In this document: piece by piece, positions 1 to 9,727 of the stretch
Layout of the letters: each line of letters starts with the position of its first letter
Position numbering within the stretch: position 1 is the first letter of the stretch
Assembly (NCBI GenBank): GCA_963714085.1
Contig: OY970229.1
Location: forward strand, 1,248,001 to 1,312,000
DNA from: an uncultured Candidatus Micrarchaeota archaeon
Lineage (GTDB): Archaea; Micrarchaeota; Micrarchaeia; Anstonellales; Bilamarchaeaceae
Reading direction: 5' to 3'
DNA length: 64,000 bases
Notes under the pieces: generated by a model
Seen by the model: the letters and a program-made list of their open reading frames with translations, nothing else
Told to the model about the DNA's origin: nothing
The model's database searches: none
Position numbers and translations under genes: made by a program

Positions 1-396
1 GTGCTGCCCTTCAGCTACGTGCTGATATCCAGCATGGCCATGTCCTACACGCAGTCCAACTTCTTCGCGGCGACCGGCACGACCCAGACCCCGACCGGCT
101 CGACCATACAGTACGCGTGCAACACGCCCGCCATCGGCGACGTGACCGGCCTGGGCTGCGGCACCGGCTCCATGGCCAAGCAGGGGGAGCTCATGGGCTG
201 GCTCACGGCGAGCAAGACCAACATCACGGACTTCTTCACCTTCCAGCTGCCCGCGCTCACGCAGCAGATGGCCTCGGTGATGTGCATATTCCCGTTCATA
301 GCGTTCGCCATCTTCTTCACCTTCGTGCTCAACACCACGAGCCTTTTCGGAGGCAACATACCCGAGATAGGGCGCGGCCTCGTGAAACTCATCTGA
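1..396 (+). CDS. Membrane protein, 5'-truncated by window edge
   Basis: Frame open from position 1; hydrophobic C-terminal segment; host-like GC3-rich codons. Confidence 0.6.
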   Translation: MLPFSYVLISSMAMSYTQSNFFAATGTTQTPTGSTIQYACNTPAIGDVTGLGCGTGSMAKQGELMGWLTASKTNITDFFTFQLPALTQQMASVMCIFPFIAFAIFFTFVLNTTSLFGGNIPEIGRGLVKLI

Positions 397-445
397 GCCG
401 CCCAAAACGCAATCTTTATATCCTGCATCCCCCCATCCCCTGTTC

Positions 446-1024
446 ATGCCGACCACCAGGTTCGTAATCGACACGTCCCTTTTCGTGAACCCATACGCCA
501 GGGGGAAGTTCGGCAAGGACCCGCCCTCGGCGGTCACCGGCTTCATCAGGATGGCGAAGAAGGTGGACGCCCAGTTCTACATGCCCCCCTCGGTGTTCAA
601 CGAGCTCAAGAACTTCATAGGCGCGAAATCGGACGACCTGGCGCTGCACGTGAAGAAGCGCGCCCCCAACACGTTCGCGCTCCCGCTCCCGGCGGCGGTG
701 TTCTACGACTTCATAGACGACGTCCGCTCGCGGGTGAACAAGGGGCTGAGGCTCGCGGAGGACTTCGCGAAAGACAACCATCCGGACAACGACGCCAAGC
801 TCGGGAAGCTGCGGGAGAAGTACCGCGAGAGCATGCGGACCGGCATAATAGACAGCAAGGAGGACCTGGAGCTCGTGCTCCTGGCCAAGGAGCTGGAGGC
901 CACGCTGGTGACATCCGACGAGGGGGTCATCAAGTTCGCGAACAAGATAGGGTGCGAGTGCCTCGAGGGCGACAAGTTCCACGGATTATTGAAGACGCTC
1001 GCCAAGAAGAGAGCTAATCAGTGA
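446..1024 (+). CDS. RNA-free RNase P (HARP) / 'RNA ligase partner' PIN-like protein
   Basis: FVIDTS start, R-V-N-K-G-L-R-L-A-E, LREKYR..GIIDSKEDLELVLLAKE, VTSDEG motifs; convergent with RNA ligase. Confidence 0.9.
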   Translation: MPTTRFVIDTSLFVNPYARGKFGKDPPSAVTGFIRMAKKVDAQFYMPPSVFNELKNFIGAKSDDLALHVKKRAPNTFALPLPAAVFYDFIDDVRSRVNKGLRLAEDFAKDNHPDNDAKLGKLREKYRESMRTGIIDSKEDLELVLLAKELEATLVTSDEGVIKFANKIGCECLEGDKFHGLLKTLAKKRANQ

Positions 1025-2084
1025 CCGACTTTCCGCCCAGCGCGTCGTGCAATGTTTTCGTGGTCTTCTTGTATATCTTCCTGAAGCGGATGCGCTTCCC
1101 GCCTTTTTCGTCCCGGTTGGAGATTATGTCGAGCTTCACCTCCTTGGACATATGGCGGTGTATCGTCTCCCAGGTCCCCGGGTCCCTGACGAATATCTCG
1201 AACTCCGCCTCGGATTCGCGGCCGGCCTCGACCTTCTCCAGGGCCCCCGTGAGGCCGGAATAGAACGCCTCCCCCAGGCGCTTCGCGTATTCCCCCCTGT
1301 CCAGGCCGAACTCCCTGATGAACATGCCCGAGCGGAACACCCGCTGCAAATAGAACCCCAAAGGCATGTCGAATAGCAATGGCGAGCCCTTCTCTATGTC
1401 CTCTATGTCAGCGTTCGGGGTCACGAACTTCACCGCGGCCTTCCTGTCCGGGGTCTTTATCACCATGCCCTCCTTCTTCGCCTTGTTGAGCGAGAGCGCG
1501 AGATTGCGGATCTTGTTGATGTCAGCGACCCTGTATCTGCCCAGCGCAGGTACGCTCTGGATGCCGTATCTCTTCAGGATCGCGTAGCGCTCCCCGCACG
1601 GGAGGTAGACGCCGCTGCCGTCGTCTATGTCGAATACGAAGAGCTTCACGTCGAATCTGTCCGTCGGTTCGGTGTACGGCGTGTTGCCGATCATCTCCCC
1701 GCATAGTATGCCTTCCGGGTAATCCTTGAAGAACCGCTCCAACCCCAGGTCCCGCGCCTTCTCGGTCGAGAAGGCATCGATATAGCCGCCCCTGGAGAAC
1801 GCGAAGATCCTCCCCTCCACCTTCGCGACGCGCAGGTTGAAGCCGTCTATCTTCTCCTCTATGTAGACCTCTCCGCTTTCGATATTGCGGCCCAGCCCCT
1901 TTTCCAGCGTGAATATCCTGGGGATGTGCTCGTAGCCCGGGATGACCCTGCTTTTGGTGACCACGGTGCCGCGCATGATCCTGCGGTCGGTGTCCCGGAA
2001 GCGCACGTACTCTATGTCCTCCTTGAGCTTCTCCGCCCTGCCCCTTTTTATGGCATCGAGGACCTGCTGCCTGGTGGGTTGCAT
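1014..2084 (-). CDS. ATP-dependent RNA ligase, Pab1020/Rnl3 family
   Basis: EEKIDGFN adenylation motif, SRGG, CGEM, FVFDI, EGMVIK, VKFVT. Confidence 0.9.
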   Translation of the reverse strand: MQPTRQQVLDAIKRGRAEKLKEDIEYVRFRDTDRRIMRGTVVTKSRVIPGYEHIPRIFTLEKGLGRNIESGEVYIEEKIDGFNLRVAKVEGRIFAFSRGGYIDAFSTEKARDLGLERFFKDYPEGILCGEMIGNTPYTEPTDRFDVKLFVFDIDDGSGVYLPCGERYAILKRYGIQSVPALGRYRVADINKIRNLALSLNKAKKEGMVIKTPDRKAAVKFVTPNADIEDIEKGSPLLFDMPLGFYLQRVFRSGMFIREFGLDRGEYAKRLGEAFYSGLTGALEKVEAGRESEAEFEIFVRDPGTWETIHRHMSKEVKLDIISNRDEKGGKRIRFRKIYKKTTKTLHDALGGKSVTD

Positions 2085-2085
2085 C

Positions 2086-2262
2086 TCACTCCTCCAGCTC
2101 CTTGAGCTTCGCCTTGGCCCTGCCCTTGAGCACGCCGTCGATCATGACCTCGACGCGCTTCCCCTTCGGGTAGACCCAGAGCTTGTAGAATCCCTTGTGC
2201 GTCTTCACGAGCAGCTCCACCAGGCCGTCGCTCCTCTCCTCCACATAGGCCTTGAACCACAT
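2086..2262 (-). CDS. Small hypothetical protein (58 aa, MWFKAYVEERSDG...)
   Basis: Hand-translated; host-like codons; stop ends 1 nt before the ligase ATG. Confidence 0.6.
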   Translation of the reverse strand: MWFKAYVEERSDGLVELLVKTHKGFYKLWVYPKGKRVEVMIDGVLKGRAKAKLKELEE

Positions 2263-2299
2263 GTGCTGGCTATCCGAGAGAATATTTTAATACGTGCGG

Positions 2300-2428
2300 C
2301 TATTCTTGTTTTTTCAATTTGAAGAATTTGATCGCACAGTCGAAGCACATGTCGGCATAGCCCCTCGCGCCGCCGGTGAGGAGCTTCCTCGTGTCGGCTT
2401 CCTCGTTGCATAGGAAACATTTTGCCAT
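2300..2428 (-). CDS. Small C4 zinc-finger protein (42 aa, MAKCFLCNEE...MCFDCAIKFF)
   Basis: Hand-translated; two CxxC pairs. Confidence 0.55.
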   Translation of the reverse strand: MAKCFLCNEEADTRKLLTGGARGYADMCFDCAIKFFKLKKQE

Positions 2429-2480
2429 GCCCTTACTTCCGGGCTAAGATTCTTACGCATTTCCTTTCACATCGCTGTCC

Positions 2481-2936
2481 ATGAAGACCCTGATAATCTG
2501 CATGTCCGTGCACCATGGGAACACGAAGAAAGTGGCAGACCGCATGGCCAGCGTCCTGGACGCCGACGTCCTCACGCCCATGGACGTGGCCGACGCGGCG
2601 CTCAAGAAGTACGACCTCGTCGGGTTCGGCTCTGGCATCTATTTCGGGAAGCACCACCGCTCGCTGTCCTCGTTCGTGGACAAGCTGCCCGACATGAAGG
2701 GGAAGAAGGCGTTCGTGTTCTCCACAAGCGGATGGGGGGATTTCTTCTTCAACCGGATGCTCTCGTCCGGCTTCCAGGATCAGCTCAGGAAGAAGGGGTT
2801 CATGGTCCTGGGTAACTTCGCCTGCCCTGGCTGGGACACGTTCGGCATGTTCAGCTGGTTCGGCGGCCTGAGCAGGGGCAGGCCTGACGAGAAGGACCTG
2901 CTCAAGGCGGAAGAGTTCGCGAAAAAACTCAAATAA
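2481..2936 (+). CDS. Flavodoxin family protein
   Basis: SVHHGNTKKVA, GFGSGIYFG, FVFSTSG, GRPDEKDL. Confidence 0.9.
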   Translation: MKTLIICMSVHHGNTKKVADRMASVLDADVLTPMDVADAALKKYDLVGFGSGIYFGKHHRSLSSFVDKLPDMKGKKAFVFSTSGWGDFFFNRMLSSGFQDQLRKKGFMVLGNFACPGWDTFGMFSWFGGLSRGRPDEKDLLKAEEFAKKLK

Positions 2937-2938
2937 GC

Positions 2939-3442
2939 TCATTTCTTGCCGAAGCCGAGCCTGCCCAGCGCCCAATGCGCGGAGAGGGTCCAGACCGCGG
3001 ACACCAATATCGCCGAGAGCACGATCTGCACCAACAGTCCGGAGAAGAGGAGCATCACCAGCGCGACCAGCAGCCACACGGTGACGAAATAGACCGCGTT
3101 GGAGACCAGCAGGGCCGCCATGGCGTCCTGGAACCTGATCCCGTTCCGGCCGGCCGCGGCAGCAGCATCGAAGTTGTGCGCGAGCAGGTTGCCCAGGAAC
3201 ACGGAGTAGAACGCGCCCCTGCTCTTGTACTCCCCTATGACATGGTACACCTTGTACATCTTCGCGTTCTTCCTGAGCATGAAGAAGCAGACGCTGCAGA
3301 AGACCAATGCCGCGCATAAATAGTATACGAGGAGCTGGAACGGGCTGAAGCCCAGGCTCAGCCCCCACGCGACCGAAGGCGCGACCGTGAACGGGAAGTC
3401 CACAGCCATGAGCGCCAGGATGACGATTATCTCGATGATCAT
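2939..3442 (-). CDS. Integral membrane protein
   Basis: Several hydrophobic segments; likely ATG at 3442 just after the upstream small ORF. Confidence 0.65.
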   Translation of the reverse strand: MIIEIIVILALMAVDFPFTVAPSVAWGLSLGFSPFQLLVYYLCAALVFCSVCFFMLRKNAKMYKVYHVIGEYKSRGAFYSVFLGNLLAHNFDAAAAAGRNGIRFQDAMAALLVSNAVYFVTVWLLVALVMLLFSGLLVQIVLSAILVSAVWTLSAHWALGRLGFGKK

Positions 3443-3444
3443 GC

Positions 3445-3612
3445 TCACACCACCGGTTTCCTCACCGCGTACTTCGTGATCTCCAGCGAGCATGCGCCGT
3501 TCGTCCTGCAGAACCCCTCGCACATCTCGGCGTAGCCCCTCTCAGCGTAGCCGAAGCCGCACTCCTCGCACAGGTAGATGACCTTCCCCTCGTACATCTC
3601 CGTCCTTACCAC
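3445..3612 (-). CDS. Small Cys-rich (zinc-binding) protein, 55 aa
   Basis: Hand-translated GTG ORF MVRTEMYEGKVIYLCEECGFGY...CEGFCRTNGACSLEITKYA; packed between neighbouring genes. Confidence 0.7.
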   Translation of the reverse strand: MVRTEMYEGKVIYLCEECGFGYAERGYAEMCEGFCRTNGACSLEITKYAVRKPVV

Positions 3613-3627
3613 GAAAGGCACTCTCGT

Positions 3628-4872
3628 CTAATGATTAAATCCTTTTGGTTCCGGCTTGTCCCCTTCCTTGAGCGCGCTGGCCACGAACTTGAAGATCCTG
3701 CTCAGCACCATGAACACGATTATCAGGACCACGATCACGACGAGGTACCAGTAGTCCATCGCCTGGTCCAGGAGGGTCTCGGTCTTCACGGTGAGGGTGA
3801 AGTCCTCGGTGTCCGTGAACGCCGTGCCCTGAGGGTCCTTGTAATTGAACATCAGGCCGGACAGCTGCTCCCCTGCGGTCGCGTCCTTGTCCACGACGAC
3901 GAGGTAGGTGAGGTTCACGGTCTGCCCTGGCATGAGCGACTCGACGTACCTCACCGTGCCGTCCGTGCTGAACGGGTAGATGGGCTGTATCCTCACCTGG
4001 ACGTCCTTGGCCTCCTCGCTGCCCGTGTTCGTCACCTGCACTGTGACCTGCTCGTTCTTGCCCGGGTTGACCACCGTGCCCGAGACCACGCGGGGCAGGA
4101 AGTCGGCCTGCTTCTTCACCGGCAGGTCGAATGTGAACGTCTGGCTCCCCGATGCGTTGTTCTCGCCCTCGTAATCGACATTGAGCGTCAGCTGGTAGTC
4201 CCCAGGGGTGGTGTTCTTGAGCGCCTCCACGTTGAACACCGCCGAGGTGCTCCCATGGGGCAGTATCTCCCCGAGTTCCTGCTGGCTGCCGGCCCACTTG
4301 ACTTCCACCCCGTCCTGGGCGGTCATCGCGGCCTGCGCCGACTCCACCCTTCCATTGCCGATGTTCTGGAAGGTCACCGTCACCGCTGCGTCATCCCCCG
4401 GGTAGACGTCCACTGGGTTCGAGCCGGTCACGGATGCCGTGAGCGACGGAGTCCCCAAGACCACGATGTTGAACGTGTTCGTGTTCGAGAACTTGTCGAA
4501 CTGCCACTGGTAGTTCGTGACGACCGTTATGGGGTAGGTGCCCTCCTGCGCAAGCGAGTCCACCGGGATGTCGAAGGAGACTGTCCCGTTGACGTCGTCG
4601 CCGTAGCAGATGGTGTCCAGGTACTTGGTGTCCATGCCCTGCACCGAGAGCGGATAGGATCCGATGATCTGCAGGTTTATCAGGTCCGCGCAGGTGGCCC
4701 ATTCCGTGTCTATGATATGCAGCGTGAGCGTGACCGTGTGCCCGGGCGCTGCCGGGTTCTCGCTCATCGTGTATGAGGTTATCTCGAGGTTAGGGTCTAT
4801 GGCCGCGAAGCTCGCGGCGCAGAGCGCCAATAGGAATACCAACACCAGTCCGTTTCTGAGAGGCCGCTTCAT
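3628..4872 (-). CDS. COG1361-type S-layer/Ig-like domain membrane-anchored protein
   Basis: Signal peptide, repeated beta-rich NxG modules, C-terminal TM helix; in operon with ABC exporter. Confidence 0.8.
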   Translation of the reverse strand: MKRPLRNGLVLVFLLALCAASFAAIDPNLEITSYTMSENPAAPGHTVTLTLHIIDTEWATCADLINLQIIGSYPLSVQGMDTKYLDTICYGDDVNGTVSFDIPVDSLAQEGTYPITVVTNYQWQFDKFSNTNTFNIVVLGTPSLTASVTGSNPVDVYPGDDAAVTVTFQNIGNGRVESAQAAMTAQDGVEVKWAGSQQELGEILPHGSTSAVFNVEALKNTTPGDYQLTLNVDYEGENNASGSQTFTFDLPVKKQADFLPRVVSGTVVNPGKNEQVTVQVTNTGSEEAKDVQVRIQPIYPFSTDGTVRYVESLMPGQTVNLTYLVVVDKDATAGEQLSGLMFNYKDPQGTAFTDTEDFTLTVKTETLLDQAMDYWYLVVIVVLIIVFMVLSRIFKFVASALKEGDKPEPKGFNH

Positions 4873-4894
4873 GTCATCATCTCTACGTCAATGA

Positions 4895-6547
4895 TTATAT
4901 AAGTTCACGCTTGAACATCAGCACGCTGAGCGCCAGTATCCCCACTGCGAAACCACCGAGGAACAGGAGGTCAGGGACCACCATGCCGAGCGTGAAGCCC
5001 TTGATGATTATGCCCCTCAGGGCGTCCGACGCGTAGGTTATGGGCAGCACCTTGGTGAGCCCCTGGAGCACTTTCGGCATGGTCTCTATGGGGATGAAGA
5101 CCCCTGCAAGGAACATGCTTGGAAGGCTCACCAGCATGGCCAGGGCCATGTACTGCTCTTGGGTCTTGGCCATGACTGATAGTACCATTCCCATGCCCGT
5201 CGCGCCAGCCGCGTATATGGCTATGACCACTAGTATGTCCAGCAGGCTGCCTTTGACGAGGACCCCGAACACTAGCACAGAGACTGCGACTATGATGCAG
5301 GAACGGACGGTCTCGAAGATGCTGTAGAAGAGGACTGTCCCGGCTATTATGGTCGTGTTGGAGGTCGGCGTGAGGAAGACCCTGGTGAGCGAGCCGTCCT
5401 GCCGCTCGCCTGCTATCGCCCTGCCCATCCCCATGGCCGCGCCCTGGAACACTATGAGCGCGATTATGCTGGGTATCAGGAAATCCAATCCAGCCCTTCC
5501 GTTCCCGTACGGCTGTATTTGACTCAGCGTCACTGCGGTTGCCGATGTGTTGGAGGCGTAGTCCGCGATGTCCTGCGCCTCGGTCCCCGCGCTGCCTATT
5601 ATCCTCGCCGATAATTGCACCTCGCCCCTCTCCTGCTCCGCGTCCGCGTAGAGCGCCTGCGTGGACGCGAACACGCCGCCGCTGTCCCGCGCCACCGCGT
5701 CGGTGCTGCCCTGGAGGCCCTGCAGCTGCCCTATCTGGCCGAGCACCGCCTGCTGCGCGTCGCTCGCGGTCAGCAGGTCGTAGGTCGCGTCAGCCGAGGA
5801 CAGGTTGTGCTCGTAGTTGTAGACTATCACGTTCGGGTCGAAGAGGTAGCTCCCCAGGGAATTGAGCATGGTGAGCCTCGTGCCGGCGACCTGGCTGTCC
5901 GTCTGCGAGGTCGTGTACCTGTCGCTGATCATGCAGGCCTTCGCGCTCTCCAGCGCCTGCTCCTCGGCCCTGCCGTCCCCGGGGTTCACGATCGCGCCCG
6001 AAGATTCCAGCTGCCGGCTCATGCCCTGCGCCATCTGCGACAGCGCCGCCACCCGCGCTGCGGTGAGCTGGACCGACAGGCTCTGCACGGCAGCCTGGGT
6101 GGACGCCTCGGTTATCTGCGCTATCGTGGGATCGGATTCGTCCACTATGACCGATAAGGTGGCGGCGTGCCCGCTCTGGACATCGTCCCCGAAACCTTGC
6201 GGTATGATGAAAAGTATCTTGATCTGCCCGGATTCTATCAACGCCTTGCCCTCGTCCTGGCTGCCCACCTGGCGCGTTATCGAGAAGAGCTGGTCGGCGT
6301 AGAGCTGGGACTGCACCAGCTGGGAGTAGTGCGAGTTGTCGTAATCCGCGATGGCGGCCGGGATGTGCTCCGGGGTCTTGCCCGCGGTGTATCCGTAGAG
6401 CAGTATCATGATGAGCGGGAAGATGAGCAGGGACCTGAGCCTGAGCGGGTCAGAGCTTATCACCATCCAGTTCTTCTTCACTATGGCGTATATCTTCTTG
6501 AGGTCCAGGACCGTTTCGACCGAGTGGTTCCCGTTGTTCTCCGCCAT
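4895..6547 (-). CDS. ABC-2 type transporter permease with large extracellular loop
   Basis: N-terminal TM, ERQDGSL, six C-terminal TMs, LAGVFIPIETMP. Confidence 0.9.
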   Translation of the reverse strand: MAENNGNHSVETVLDLKKIYAIVKKNWMVISSDPLRLRSLLIFPLIMILLYGYTAGKTPEHIPAAIADYDNSHYSQLVQSQLYADQLFSITRQVGSQDEGKALIESGQIKILFIIPQGFGDDVQSGHAATLSVIVDESDPTIAQITEASTQAAVQSLSVQLTAARVAALSQMAQGMSRQLESSGAIVNPGDGRAEEQALESAKACMISDRYTTSQTDSQVAGTRLTMLNSLGSYLFDPNVIVYNYEHNLSSADATYDLLTASDAQQAVLGQIGQLQGLQGSTDAVARDSGGVFASTQALYADAEQERGEVQLSARIIGSAGTEAQDIADYASNTSATAVTLSQIQPYGNGRAGLDFLIPSIIALIVFQGAAMGMGRAIAGERQDGSLTRVFLTPTSNTTIIAGTVLFYSIFETVRSCIIVAVSVLVFGVLVKGSLLDILVVIAIYAAGATGMGMVLSVMAKTQEQYMALAMLVSLPSMFLAGVFIPIETMPKVLQGLTKVLPITYASDALRGIIIKGFTLGMVVPDLLFLGGFAVGILALSVLMFKRELI

Positions 6548-7506
6548 CAGTCCCTCACCTCCTTGTTCGTGAGGTTTATGAAGACCTCTTCCAGGGACGG
6601 TTCCTTGGCCCTCAGCTCCATCACGTCGACTTTCCTTTTCGATAGCAATCCTGATACCTGGTGGAGCACTCCGCCTTCCACCGTCGGCACGGTCAGCTGT
6701 ATGACGCCGTCGTCCACCGAGACGGAGGTGGCGTGCACCAGGGTCTTGAGCTCCGCGAGAAGCCGGTCGTCATGGTTTTTGAGCTCGAGCTCTATCCTGT
6801 GCCCGTTGCCGTACTTGTCCTTCAGCTCGTCGGGGCTGCCCTCCGCCTTTATCTCCCCCCTGTCCATGATGACCAGCCTCTGGCACAGCTTGTCCGCCTC
6901 CTCCATGTCATGGGTCGTATAGACTATGGTGATTCCGGATCGGTTGAGCTTCTGGGTCAGTTCCCTTATCGCTATCCGGCTCTGGGGGTCCAGGCCGGTG
7001 GTCGGCTCGTCCATGTAGAGTATCTCAGGTGTGTGGAGGATCCCGGCGGCTATGGAGAGGCGCTGCTTCATTCCTCCTGAGAAGCCCCCGGCCGGCACGT
7101 CTTTCTGCTTGAGGAGCCCGACGGTCTGGAGCAGCTCCTCGCTCTTGCGCCGGAGATGCTCCTTTTCCATGCCGTAGAGCTCCCCGATGTACCAGAGGTT
7201 CTCCATGGCGGTCAGCTCGTCGAACAGCGCGAACTCCTGCGGGACCACGCCGATCCTCGCCCGGACCATGGGCGCCTCTTTCTTTATGTCGTAGCCCGCG
7301 ACAGTCGCGTCTCCGCTTGTCGGAGATAAAAGGGTGGTGAGCATCTTCATGGTGGTCGTCTTACCCGCGCCGTTGGGGCCCAGGAAGCCGAACAGCTCGC
7401 CCTTCTTTATAGTGAGGTTGAGGCAGTCGACCGCGGTCAGGGTGCCGAACTTCCTAGTCAGGTTCTTGCACTCTATCGCATATTCAGTAGAGGTGGTGGA
7501 TTGCAC
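6547..7506 (-). CDS. ABC transporter ATP-binding protein (DrrA-like)
   Basis: GPNGAGKTT, FSGGMKQR, MDEPTTGLDP, TTH. Confidence 0.95.
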   Translation of the reverse strand: MQSTTSTEYAIECKNLTRKFGTLTAVDCLNLTIKKGELFGFLGPNGAGKTTTMKMLTTLLSPTSGDATVAGYDIKKEAPMVRARIGVVPQEFALFDELTAMENLWYIGELYGMEKEHLRRKSEELLQTVGLLKQKDVPAGGFSGGMKQRLSIAAGILHTPEILYMDEPTTGLDPQSRIAIRELTQKLNRSGITIVYTTHDMEEADKLCQRLVIMDRGEIKAEGSPDELKDKYGNGHRIELELKNHDDRLLAELKTLVHATSVSVDDGVIQLTVPTVEGGVLHQVSGLLSKRKVDVMELRAKEPSLEEVFINLTNKEVRD

Positions 7507-7592
7507 GGTTATTGCTTAGACGAAGGAATTTATATGCTTATTGCAGAGCCGCCACTGCAAGGTATATATCGCCTCGCTTGCATAGAAATCGC

Positions 7593-8180
7593 ATGAAATC
7601 GCCTTCACTTTACGTCCTGCTCGGGATGATAGCCCTGCTCATAGCCGAGCTCGCTCTTAGCGGCTTCAAGCCTGTGGAAGCCGTGGCCGCTTCATTGCCG
7701 GTTTTCGTGCTCCTTGCCGAGATTGCACTGCCTTTCCTGCTGCTCGCCGTGGTGCTCAGAGGGAAGATACCCCTCATAGACGTGATCGCAGAGGATGGGC
7801 AGATGCTCGCGTTCCTGGTCGCAGCGACCGCCATGCTCGGCAGCCTCTTCTACCAGTTCGGCATGGGGCTCGTCCCCTGCGAGCTCTGCTGGTTCCAGAG
7901 GATATGCATGTACCCGCTGGTGTTCGTCATCGGGGTGTCGCTCTGGAGAAAGCAGCCAGATGCCTTCTACTATGCGATCCCGCTCTGCTTGATAGGCGCT
8001 GCGGTCTCCATATATCAATATTACTCGCAGATGTTCTCAGTTGTCCTGAGCTGCTCCGGCGGGACGGACTGCAGCCAGATCCAGGCCATGGCGTTCGGAT
8101 ACATGACCATCCCGCTCATGGCGCTGACCGCATTCCTTTCGATAACGCTGCTGCTTTACCTGAGGAAATGGAAGAAGTAG
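7593..8180 (+). CDS. dsbB: Disulfide bond formation protein B
   Basis: PCELCWFQRICMYP, second Cys pair, TM helices; likely ATG at 7593. Confidence 0.85.
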   Translation: MKSPSLYVLLGMIALLIAELALSGFKPVEAVAASLPVFVLLAEIALPFLLLAVVLRGKIPLIDVIAEDGQMLAFLVAATAMLGSLFYQFGMGLVPCELCWFQRICMYPLVFVIGVSLWRKQPDAFYYAIPLCLIGAAVSIYQYYSQMFSVVLSCSGGTDCSQIQAMAFGYMTIPLMALTAFLSITLLLYLRKWKK

Positions 8181-8182
8181 GC

Positions 8183-8713
8183 TCACTTGTAGATTCTCTC
8201 CCCGGCGCGGATCTGGACCGCCAGGGTGTTCTCTTCGGGCGGGTACGGGCACATGTACCCTTCCACGTAGGCGCAGTAGGGATTGTAAGCCCGGTTGAAG
8301 TCCAGCCAGTACTCGTCCGTGGGCTCGGCCTCGAGGTCCAGATAGCGGCCGTTGGCATAGCTCTCCTTCCCTGAGGTCTTGTCCTTGAACGGGACGAAAT
8401 AGCCCTCGGAATGAGCGCCGTGGACCGAGCGGTAGGCCTGGAGCACCAGGTTCTTTCCTCCCAGCTTGAATTCGAAGCGGCCCTCCCTGAAATACGCCAC
8501 CTTTATCCCCCTGCTTGTGGCGATGGACAACTGCTCCGGATCCGGGTAAGCGACGAACCGCGCCTTGACGCGGTACTTGGCGTCATAAGGGAAATACTTC
8601 AGTCCCTTGAATTCCACCTTTATCTGCTGGTTGAAGGGCGATTCCGCTCCGTCGCGGTAGAACTCGTCCTTCTTCTTCCTGAAATCCAGGACTTCGGCTT
8701 CGTTCCCGTCCAT
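8183..8713 (-). CDS. DUF1684 family protein
   Basis: PFKDKTSGKESYANGRYL, LDFNRAYNPYCAY..CPYPP..N.L..I.AGE. Confidence 0.9.
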   Translation of the reverse strand: MDGNEAEVLDFRKKKDEFYRDGAESPFNQQIKVEFKGLKYFPYDAKYRVKARFVAYPDPEQLSIATSRGIKVAYFREGRFEFKLGGKNLVLQAYRSVHGAHSEGYFVPFKDKTSGKESYANGRYLDLEAEPTDEYWLDFNRAYNPYCAYVEGYMCPYPPEENTLAVQIRAGERIYK

Positions 8714-8790
8714 GCAATTGCAAGCGGAGATGATATTTTATAATCTGCGCATGAACTGCTGAATCCCGGTTGATTTGGGTGACTACACGC

Positions 8791-9708
8791 TCAAACCTGC
8801 CTTCCTTCCGCACGGAGCTTCTCCAATTCCGCGGGCGGAGTCTCCCATCCCGGCGTCTCCACCGAGTCCGGAATCTTCCCCCGTTTGTACCTCCATAAAG
8901 GCGCGGTGTCCAGGCGGTAGAAGAACTTCCAGCTTGAATAAGTCGGCGCGTAATCTATCTTCGTGCAGCCCCTGCTCCTGGCCAATTTTATGTTTTCTGC
9001 CAGCGCGACTTTCAACGTGTCGCCGTATTCCTCGTCCACTCCCCAGACGCAGACTGACATCGTGGATTCGCAGAAGAAATACTGGGTTATCAATACGATT
9101 TTATCCCCTTTCATCACGGACCAGTATTCCGTGCGCGGGTCCCTGTCCAATATCTCGTAGGACGCCCTGTTCTCGGTCACGAAGTCGGACTCCTTGCCGA
9201 ACATCTTCTTGTTCAGCTCCGCCATGTCCTCGAGCGTCCCGTGTTTCTTGAATTCATACTCCCCGAACTGCTTCATGGAGTTCCTGAAATTCTTCTGGTG
9301 CTTGCCCGAGAACCTCTTGAGATAATCATCTATGCTGTTTATGTCCTTGAGGTCTATGAAGAACTGCGGGCAGAGCCCGGGAACGCAGCCGTCGAACTTT
9401 TCAACCAGGAAATCGAGATAGACGTTCTCGGGAATCTCTTTTGTTGTTTTCATGAACTCCGGGTCGAAGGTCAGGTAGTTCCTCTCCGCAGCTTCTCCTC
9501 CCAGGATGGTGTGGATCCCGTTCTCTGGCTCGAACTGCAGGGGGAAGAAGTTCTTCTCGTCGTAGAGGATGAGCGGCTTCCAGCCGAACGCCTTGGCTAT
9601 GGATACCCTGATGCCCCAGTCGTCGGTCCATATCTCCTTCTTCGGGACGAGGCGGTCCCAGATGAGTTTTCCTTCCTCAAGAGAAATCTCGCGTATCATG
9701 CTTTCCAC
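8791..9708 (-). CDS. GNAT/FemAB-like acyltransferase-fold protein
   Basis: DDYLKRFSGKHQKNFR and ARSRGCTKIDY..WK patterns of the GNAT_6/FemAB-like group. Confidence 0.6.
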   Translation of the reverse strand: MESMIREISLEEGKLIWDRLVPKKEIWTDDWGIRVSIAKAFGWKPLILYDEKNFFPLQFEPENGIHTILGGEAAERNYLTFDPEFMKTTKEIPENVYLDFLVEKFDGCVPGLCPQFFIDLKDINSIDDYLKRFSGKHQKNFRNSMKQFGEYEFKKHGTLEDMAELNKKMFGKESDFVTENRASYEILDRDPRTEYWSVMKGDKIVLITQYFFCESTMSVCVWGVDEEYGDTLKVALAENIKLARSRGCTKIDYAPTYSSWKFFYRLDTAPLWRYKRGKIPDSVETPGWETPPAELEKLRAEGRQV

Positions 9709-9727
9709 TTCACTGTATCCCGGAGTA

